NCBI GenBank assembly: GCA_039801885.1
Contig: JBDRVN010000013.1
Span: forward strand, 1,972-34,864
From: a candidate division WOR-3 bacterium
GTDB taxonomy: Bacteria > Hydrothermota > Tepidihabitantia > Tepidihabitantales > DTDR01
Reading direction: 5' to 3'
DNA length: 32,893 bases
Below, one piece after another: positions 26,704 through 32,893 of the stretch. Every line of letters starts with the position of its first letter. Position 1 is the stretch's first letter. Below the pieces are notes generated by a model. The model saw nothing but the letters and a program-made list of their open reading frames with translations. It was not told where the DNA came from and searched no databases. The position numbers and the translations under genes are program-made.

Positions 26704-27667
26704 ATTTAAAGAATACCCTTAACTTCCCACTCCGGGCAGCGAGATTATTTTCAATCTCTCCCAAAGAAGAAGTTATTGGTTTGGGAGTAAGAATTTTTCC
26801 TTTTTCCTCTTTTTCGCAACGATTAAAAAACTCTTTAACAATTCGATCTTCTAAGGAATGATAAGTAATTACTGCTAATCTACCTTTGTTTTTTAAAATT
26901 AAAAAAGCTTCTTTTAAACCAACTTGTAAATTCTCCAATTCATTATTAACCGCTATTCGTAACGCTTGAAAAACCCGCGGAACACTTTTCTCGCCACTTA
27001 TTAAAAGAATTATTTTTTTTAAATCAAAACTAGTTTTAATTTCCTTTTTTCTTTGAAAAATCTTCTTAGCAATTTTTTCTGCTTTTGCTTCTTCGCCAAA
27101 TTCTCTCAAAATTCTTTTCATCTCTTTCCAGCTTGATTCTCTAATAATATCTAATGCGCTTTTTCTTTGACGCAGCTGGTCAAATCGCATATCAATAATC
27201 CCATCATTATTATAAGAAAATCCTCTTCCCGACATCTTCGCCTGATGATGAGAGAGTCCTAAATCAAAAAGAATCCGACAAGGTCTTTTTTGGGGATAAA
27301 TTTCGGTAAACAATTTTTTAATATTTACATAATTTTCCCAATAAATAAAAAGATTCTCTATTCCCAATTTTTTTCTTTTTTCTTCTAAATAGTCAACCGC
27401 TTCTTTATCCATATCTAATCCAATAAAAATTGTATTTTTAAATTTTTTTGGGAAAATTTTTCGATAATAATTAATCAAAGAAAATAAATGCCCTCCTCCA
27501 CCTGCTGTGGCATCCACAAAAATTTCCGGAGTTTCCTCGGTATCTATGATTACTTTCTTTTTTAAAAAATATCTGCTCATCAATTCGTGAGGGTTAAGAA
27601 AGAAAAAATCAATTAATTCTCTCAACATAACAGGAGTATGAAAAATTTTTTCAACGAATCTTACCAT
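26690..27667 (-). CDS. rsmH: 16S rRNA m4C1402 methyltransferase
   Basis: Motifs HTPVM, VDATAGGGGH, DLGLS, RGFSY, FQALRIAVN.EL and ITYHSLEDRIVK. Confidence 0.95.
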   Translation of the reverse strand: MVRFVEKIFHTPVMLRELIDFFFLNPHELMSRYFLKKKVIIDTEETPEIFVDATAGGGGHLFSLINYYRKIFPKKFKNTIFIGLDMDKEAVDYLEEKRKKLGIENLFIYWENYVNIKKLFTEIYPQKRPCRILFDLGLSHHQAKMSGRGFSYNNDGIIDMRFDQLRQRKSALDIIRESSWKEMKRILREFGEEAKAEKIAKKIFQRKKEIKTSFDLKKIILLISGEKSVPRVFQALRIAVNNELENLQVGLKEAFLILKNKGRLAVITYHSLEDRIVKEFFNRCEKEEKGKILTPKPITSSLGEIENNLAARSGKLRVFFKYEKI

Positions 27668-28169
27668 TTTCGTATAATTTTTTTATAAAATCTTCAAAAT
27701 TAGTTTCCCCATGTTTCTTTATCTCTTGATATTTTTCTTCGTTACAAATCACAAAGTAATAAACAGCACCAATAACTATTGCTACTTTTGATAAATTTGC
27801 CCATCTTCTTAATTCTTCTGATAAAAGTACTCGTCCTTGATTATCTAACGAAACTTCAAAAGTATTTAGACTTATCCACCATAAAATTTTCCTTTCGTTC
27901 TCTTCAAAATGGGAAAAAAAGGACAGGACACGATTCCGAAACCTTTTCCATTCAGGGGTGGGATAACAAAAGATTGTTTTACTGAGGCCTGGGCTAATAA
28001 ATAATCTATCTTTTGATTCTTGTGGAAGGGCTAAACGGAAAGGCAACGGAATCGCAATCCTGCCCTTGTCATCAATATTATGAAAATATACACCAGTAAA
28101 ATTATAATTCACCTCATCACCACTAAACATACTTATATCACCATTTAAATTTATTTTATCACCATTCAT
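27651..28169 (-). CDS. mraZ: division/cell wall cluster transcriptional repressor MraZ
   Basis: Two AbrB-like repeats with DDKGR and DNQGR; first gene of the dcw cluster. The start is uncertain (ATG 28169 or ATG 28130). Confidence 0.92.
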   Translation of the reverse strand: MNGDKINLNGDISMFSGDEVNYNFTGVYFHNIDDKGRIAIPLPFRLALPQESKDRLFISPGLSKTIFCYPTPEWKRFRNRVLSFFSHFEENERKILWWISLNTFEVSLDNQGRVLLSEELRRWANLSKVAIVIGAVYYFVICNEEKYQEIKKHGETNFEDFIKKLYENGKIR

Positions 28170-28174
28170 AACCA
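28116..28174 (-). repeat. TGGT(G/T)AT direct repeats, putative MraZ operator boxes
   Basis: Plus-strand ATCACCA at 28116, 28137 and 28158, and ATAACCA at 28168 (spacings 21, 21, 10), directly downstream of the -10. Confidence 0.65.
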
Positions 28175-28176
28175 AA

Positions 28177-28204
28177 AATATAATAAATTTAATCCAAAAG
28201 TCAA
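28177..28204 (-). promoter_or_regulatory. dcw (mraZ) promoter
   Basis: Minus strand TTGACT (28204-28199), 16-bp spacer, TATATT (28182-28177). An ATG lies 7 nt downstream. Confidence 0.6.
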
Positions 28205-28405
28205 ATTTTTTTTTATATTTTATTTTTTTTTATAAGTTATTGAAATTTCATTATTTATAAAATAGTTACTCAGTTTTTAAAAATCTTAAAGGATAGTTAA
28301 ATATTTAAAAATTTAATATTATTGATATTAAAATATTACTATAAAACTTTTTTAACAAAAGTTATTGAAATTTAAAAAATTTTTTGTATTATCTTATATA
28401 AAATT

Positions 28406-29737
28406 ATGATTGATCCCTATAGAAAAACAGTTATTTTTTTATCAAGTCTAATAAACTATGAAAGGAAAAAAGTGAATTATAACGATTTTAAATTAATTCG
28501 CTTTTTAAATTTTCTTTCGGAAATCGGTAATCCTCATCTCTCTTTAAAAAACCCAATTTTAATTGCCGGTACAAAAGGAAAAGGTTCTACTGCTATGTTA
28601 TTAGGTAATTGTTTAAAAGAATGCGGGTATAAAGTTGGAATTTTTACATCTCCTCATCTATTAAGTTTTCGAGAGAGAATTCAGTTTCAAAATCACCCAA
28701 TTGAAAAAGAGGAATTTACTGAATTAACCTTCCAATTAAAAAAACTAATTAAAAAACATAAACTTACCTTTTTTGAATCTTTAACGGCAATTGCTTTCTT
28801 ATTTTTTCTTAAAAAAGAACCTGATTTCGTAGTTTTAGAGGTAGGTTTGGGCGGCCGATTAGATGCTACTAATGTTGTCAAGCCAATTTTTTCAATTATT
28901 ACCCGTATCGACTATGACCATACTGAAATTTTGGGAAATACTTTACCTAAAATTGCTTTTGAAAAAGCAGGAATTATTCATCAAGATATTCCCTTAATAA
29001 CTTTTCGCCAAAGAAAATCTGTCGACAAAATTTTTCAAAAAGTCTGTGTTAATAAAAATTCTCAAATCTTTTATTCCGATGATTATTTCTCATTCCAATT
29101 AATAAATATCTCGCCCAGCGGCACATCCTTTGTTGTTAACTTTTTAAAAAAGACATTTGAAAATAATCTAAAAAAAGATGTGATTCATACTAACTTAATT
29201 GGTGATTTTCAAAAAGAAAATATCGGTTTAGCACTTACCACTCTTTTTCTTTTAGCCAAAAATCACAAATTAATTAATTATCCTAATATAAAAAAAGCAA
29301 TTAATAATATCCCACTTTTGGGAAGAATTTCCTACATTTCTTATAATGGTGGCTTCCTTATTGTGGATACTGCTCATAATCCAATTTCTATTAAATGTCT
29401 GAAAGATACTTTATTAAAAATGAATAATACAAAGAAGTATTTTTTTCTCTTTGGTATATCAAAAGATAAAGATAGTTATAGAATTTTAAAATTTTTAAAA
29501 CCAATCTGCCAAGAAATTGCTTTAACTAAAGCCAAAACTAAAAGAGCAACCCCTTTAAATAAATTAAAAGAAATTGCCCAAAAATTGAGATTAAAACATC
29601 GTGCTTTTTCTTCGGTAAAAAAAGCCTTTAATTATATTTTTAAAAAAGCAAATAAAGAAAAAAAATTATTAGTAATCACTGGTTCTTTTTATCTCGCCGG
29701 AGATATTTTAAGACTACTCCAAGTTAATAAGAAATGA
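28406..29737 (+). CDS. folC: bifunctional folylpolyglutamate synthase / dihydrofolate synthase
   Basis: Motifs AGTKGKGS, FTSPHL..FRERI, EVGLGGRLDATN, DH..LG...IA.EKAGI, D.AHNP and TGSFYL.G. Confidence 0.95.
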   Translation: MIDPYRKTVIFLSSLINYERKKVNYNDFKLIRFLNFLSEIGNPHLSLKNPILIAGTKGKGSTAMLLGNCLKECGYKVGIFTSPHLLSFRERIQFQNHPIEKEEFTELTFQLKKLIKKHKLTFFESLTAIAFLFFLKKEPDFVVLEVGLGGRLDATNVVKPIFSIITRIDYDHTEILGNTLPKIAFEKAGIIHQDIPLITFRQRKSVDKIFQKVCVNKNSQIFYSDDYFSFQLINISPSGTSFVVNFLKKTFENNLKKDVIHTNLIGDFQKENIGLALTTLFLLAKNHKLINYPNIKKAINNIPLLGRISYISYNGGFLIVDTAHNPISIKCLKDTLLKMNNTKKYFFLFGISKDKDSYRILKFLKPICQEIALTKAKTKRATPLNKLKEIAQKLRLKHRAFSSVKKAFNYIFKKANKEKKLLVITGSFYLAGDILRLLQVNKK

Positions 29738-30426
29738 AAGGAACCTTTTATTTAGTTGCCACACCTATTGGTAATTTAAAAGATATCACACTGAGAGCCT
29801 TAGAAATAATGAAAGAGGTTTCTTATATTATTTGTGAAGATACCCGCCAAACAAAAATTTTGCTTAATCACTATCAAATTCAAAAACCACTTATTTCTTA
29901 TAATGAATATAATAAATTCGCTCGAACTCCGGAAATTATTCAACTTTTAAAAGAAGGGAAGGACTTAGCTTTTGTTTCCGATGCCGGCACACCGGTAATT
30001 TCTGACCCCGGCTATTATTTAGTAAGAGAAGCCATTAAAGAAGGGATAAAAGTTAGCCCAATTCCCGGACCAGCAGCGATGATTGCCGGATTAATTGTTT
30101 CTGGTTTGCCTTCGGATCGGTTTGTTTTTGAGGGGTTTTTACCAAAAAGAGAAGGAAGAAAAAGAAAAAAACTTCTCAATTTGACAAACGAAGAAAGAAC
30201 AATGGTTTTTTATGAGTCTCCTTATCGAATAATGAAAACGCTTAACACTTTTTTAGAAATCTTTGGCGACCGAGAAATAGCTTTGTGTCGGGAGTTAACA
30301 AAAAAATTTGAAGAAGTCCTGCGTGGTAAAATTAGCGAAATAATAGAAATTTTAAAAAAGAGATTAGAAAAACAAAAAAGGGTAAAAGGAGAAATTGTTC
30401 TTATTCTAAAAGGCAAAGAAGAGTGA
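29734..30426 (+). CDS. rsmI: 16S rRNA C1402 2'-O-methyltransferase
   Basis: Motifs VATPIGNL.DI, CEDTR, VSDAGTP.ISDPG, YESP.R and RELTK.FEE. Confidence 0.97.
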   Translation: MKGTFYLVATPIGNLKDITLRALEIMKEVSYIICEDTRQTKILLNHYQIQKPLISYNEYNKFARTPEIIQLLKEGKDLAFVSDAGTPVISDPGYYLVREAIKEGIKVSPIPGPAAMIAGLIVSGLPSDRFVFEGFLPKREGRKRKKLLNLTNEERTMVFYESPYRIMKTLNTFLEIFGDREIALCRELTKKFEEVLRGKISEIIEILKKRLEKQKRVKGEIVLILKGKEE

Positions 30427-30989
30427 AAGAAGAAACCAAAAGGAAATTAGTAAGTTTTCTTTCTTTTCTCATTAATTTTTTTATTTATCTAAAAATCTCT
30501 CCGACTATAATTACCTTAAGTGGTTTATTTTTTTCCCTTTTTGCCGGTTATTTTTATTATAAAGGAAATTTTCTAATTGCAGGAATTTTTCTTATCTTTA
30601 TTGCTTTAGCCGATACTATTGATGGTGAACTGGCACGAAAGGGAGAACGAGTAAGTAAAAAAGGAGCTTTCTTAGATTCGATTATTGACCGCCTGACCGA
30701 ATTTTTTATCTTTTTGGGTCTCTTACTCTATTATCAAAAATTACCTCTCGCTCTCCTCCCTTTCTTAACCTTTGCTACTTCCTTTTTCGTAAGTTATGCC
30801 CGTGCCCGAGCCGAAGGAGTAGGGACAGAATGTAAAACTGGTATCTTTGAAAGACCAATAAGAATGTTGTTTTTAATAATTGGCTCTTTTCTATTAAAAA
30901 GATATTTCAATTATCTCTTAATAATTTTAATCATCGGCAACCTTTCTACCTTTTTACAAAGAATATTTTACTCTTTAAAAAAACTATGA
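30423..30989 (+). CDS. CDP-alcohol phosphatidyltransferase family protein
   Basis: Signature DxxDGxxAR...GxxxDxxxD (DTIDGELAR...GAFLDSIID), plus SYARARAE and GIFERP.R. Confidence 0.9.
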   Translation: MKEETKRKLVSFLSFLINFFIYLKISPTIITLSGLFFSLFAGYFYYKGNFLIAGIFLIFIALADTIDGELARKGERVSKKGAFLDSIIDRLTEFFIFLGLLLYYQKLPLALLPFLTFATSFFVSYARARAEGVGTECKTGIFERPIRMLFLIIGSFLLKRYFNYLLIILIIGNLSTFLQRIFYSLKKL

Positions 30990-32221
30990 AAGAAAGAGTA
31001 ATTTTAATTGCCTTAATAAAAAATCCGAAAGAGAAATACCAAAAAATCAATGATTTAGAAGAACTAAAAGCACTTACCGAAACAGCCGGAGGCGAAGTGA
31101 TTGGCAGTTTTATCCAAATAAAAGAAAATCCTTCACCAAAAACATTATTAGGAAAAGGTAAAATTGAAGAATTAAAAAGAATTTGCCAACAGCACAAAAT
31201 AGATTTATTAATTTTTGACAATCAACTAACCCCTTCGCAAGTAAGAAATATTGAAGAGAAAATCAATGTGCGAACTATCGACCGTCGTGCTTTAATTTTA
31301 GATATCTTTTCTCGCCATGCCCGAACTGCCGAAGCAATGCGACAAGTAGAACTTGCCCAACTTTCTTATCAATTGACAATGCTTACCGGAAAAGGCAAAA
31401 CTCTTTCCCAATTGGGCGGTGGTATCGGAACGCGCGGACCGGGTGAAAAGCAATTAGAAGTTGACCGAAGAAAAATAAAAGAACGAATCCATTTTTTAAA
31501 AAAAAGTTTAGAAAAATTAAAAAGAACCAAAGAAATCCAAAGGGCACAAAGAGAATACTTCTTTAAAATTGCCTTGGCTGGTTATACCAATTCCGGAAAA
31601 TCAACTCTTTTTAAAACATTGACAAGAGAAGATGTTTACATCTCCGAAGAACTTTTTGCTACTTTAGATGCTAATACCAAGGCGTTTGAAATCTTTCCTC
31701 AAATTAAAATTTTAATCACTGATACTGTTGGCTTCATTAAAAATCTACCTCCCCAACTGATTGCCGCTTTTCACGCTACCTTAGAAGATATTAAAAGAAG
31801 TGATTTAATCATCCATTTGGTTGATGCCGCGGCGGAAAATTTAGCCGAAAAGATTAATATTGTCAAAGAAACTCTAAAAGAAATTGGCTGCGATGAAGAA
31901 AAGATTGTCTTGGTCTTTAATAAAATCGATCTCCTTTTTGAAAAAGCCCAATTATTAAGATTAAAAAGAGAATATCCAAACGCAATTTTTATTTCCGCCT
32001 TAAAAGGAACCAACCTAAACTCTTTAAAAAATCTGATTAAAAAAAGAATAAGAAAATTTTTGAAAAGAAAAACATTAAAAATACCCAAAGAAAAAGGCTA
32101 TCTTTTAAAAGAAGTCTATCAAAAGACTTATGTTATTGACTTTAAAGAAAATGAAAAAGAATATAAAGTAAAAGTTTTAAGTTATCCTAATGTTATTTAT
32201 TCAATTTTATCAAAAATATAA
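30986..32221 (+). CDS. hflX: ribosome-splitting GTPase HflX
   Basis: Motifs QVELAQL, GGGIGTRGPGE.QLE.DRR, G1 GYTNSGKS, LFATLD, DTVGFI and NKID. Confidence 0.97.
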   Translation: MKERVILIALIKNPKEKYQKINDLEELKALTETAGGEVIGSFIQIKENPSPKTLLGKGKIEELKRICQQHKIDLLIFDNQLTPSQVRNIEEKINVRTIDRRALILDIFSRHARTAEAMRQVELAQLSYQLTMLTGKGKTLSQLGGGIGTRGPGEKQLEVDRRKIKERIHFLKKSLEKLKRTKEIQRAQREYFFKIALAGYTNSGKSTLFKTLTREDVYISEELFATLDANTKAFEIFPQIKILITDTVGFIKNLPPQLIAAFHATLEDIKRSDLIIHLVDAAAENLAEKINIVKETLKEIGCDEEKIVLVFNKIDLLFEKAQLLRLKREYPNAIFISALKGTNLNSLKNLIKKRIRKFLKRKTLKIPKEKGYLLKEVYQKTYVIDFKENEKEYKVKVLSYPNVIYSILSKI

Positions 32222-32390
32222 AATAGTTTTCTTGCCAATTTATAAATAACCACCAATAAGAATAAATTTGCTTGCTATGACAATTTCTTTTAACTAATTT
32301 AAGATTAGGTCTTCTTAATTATTTTAAAAAAGTACTAACCAAAGAAATAGCTTTTTCTTTATATATAGTAGGTTCGTTAAAGAATTTGCC

Positions 32391-32447
32391 GAAACAAAAG
32401 GAAATGAAAAGAAATGAAGGGAAATGATTTTTACCGAAAGGAAATGA
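32391..32447 (+). repeat. 10-bp-phased GAAATGA direct repeats
   Basis: GAAATGA at 32401, 32411, 32421 and 32441, with a degenerate GAAACAA at 32391. Confidence 0.8.
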
Positions 32448-32516
32448 CTTTTCCCTTTACTTGTCAAGGTATTTAGGGCTATATTATTTAAGTGATGGTT
32501 TTAAAAAGGAGTTTTT

Positions 32517-32690
32517 ATGAATAATAATATTAAAGAAAGAGAACATTTAAGTTTAATGGCTAATTTACCAATTACTATCTCTTGTGAAATTAAACCGGTT
32601 GAGAGCTTTGATTATAAGAATTGGAAGAAAAAGAAAAGAAAAATGGGGGCGGGGTGGATAACAGAGAGTAGGGCTTGCTTTTATGATTAA
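32517..32690 (+). CDS. putative small protein, 57 aa (not in the ORF track)
   Basis: SD AAGGAG at 32506-32511, 5 nt before the ATG. Translation: MNNNIKEREHLSLMANLPITISCEIKPVESFDYKNWKKKKRKMGAGWITESRACFYD*. No family recognised. Confidence 0.4.
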   Translation: MNNNIKEREHLSLMANLPITISCEIKPVESFDYKNWKKKKRKMGAGWITESRACFYD

Positions 32691-32697
32691 TAAAAAC

Positions 32698-32847
32698 TTT
32701 ATTAACGAGCATAACAATACTTTTATTAAGGTTATTAATACTCCCTTTGTTAATAATTATAGTGAAATTTTTATTAGCGGTAATAATAATACTTTTATTA
32801 ATCAATTTAATAATAAGTTTATTAAAATTAGGTGTGATATGTTTTTG
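32698..32847. repeat. degenerate tandem repeat with an exact 24-bp period
   Basis: TTTATT/TTTGTT at 32698, 32722, 32746, 32770, 32794 and 32818, with TTTTTG at 32842. Read as F-[IVL]-x6 repeats in ORF 32683..32883. Confidence 0.7.
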
Positions 32848-32893
32848 GCTAGTTCTGGTAGCTTAAATAATTTAATAAATTAAATAATGGATA

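Noticed and set aside
5082..32088. Antisense or alternate-frame ORFs of 60-105 aa inside panB/panC, the sugar transferase, ftsZ/ftsA, murB, murC, ftsW, murE, mraZ, folC, rsmI and hflX
   Set aside because: They overlap conserved genes completely and have the Phe/Ile/Ser-rich composition expected from the antisense of AT-rich codons.
32653..32661. DnaA-box-like TTATCCACC on the minus strand near AT-rich repeats (possible oriC)
   Set aside because: It is a single box with one mismatch. The same 9-mer occurs inside mraZ (27872-27880). There is no box cluster and no dnaA/dnaN in view.
32391..32850. CRISPR array or DGR template/variable repeat at the right end
   Set aside because: The repeats are only 6-8 bp and degenerate, with no cas gene. 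There is no pair of long repeats differing only at adenines, and no reverse transcriptase in the window.

Overview
This is a very AT-rich, gene-dense bacterial chromosomal window made mostly of housekeeping genes. The gene content (a dcw cluster plus an SprA-like, Phe-terminated outer-membrane protein) suggests a diderm anaerobe of the FCB/WOR-3 type; this assignment is inference only. From left to right it holds: the end of a 2-oxoacid:ferredoxin oxidoreductase operon (alpha, beta, gamma) running into a ZIP transporter and an orphan ORF; folK-dNK-panB-panC; a convergent phosphoglycosyl transferase-galE pair; a 989-aa probable beta-barrel protein; tRNA-Arg(CCG) directly ahead of a nitroreductase; rimI; a detached adk-map-infA block; a minus-strand dcw cluster (mraZ to ftsZ) lacking murF, ddl and ftsQ and carrying a divergent FtsZ; folC-rsmI-CDP-alcohol phosphotransferase-hflX; and an unexplained 670-bp right end. 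That end carries 10-bp-phased GAAATGA repeats, an unlisted 57-aa ORF with a Shine-Dalgarno, and a 24-bp-period repeat tract. I found no CRISPR array, transposase, integrase or rRNA. The most interesting signals are the recurrent apparently leaderless promoters with 16-bp spacers, putative MraZ boxes lying in-frame at the start of mraZ, the degenerate FtsZ motifs, and the right-end repeat locus. None of these is proven to be a new system.
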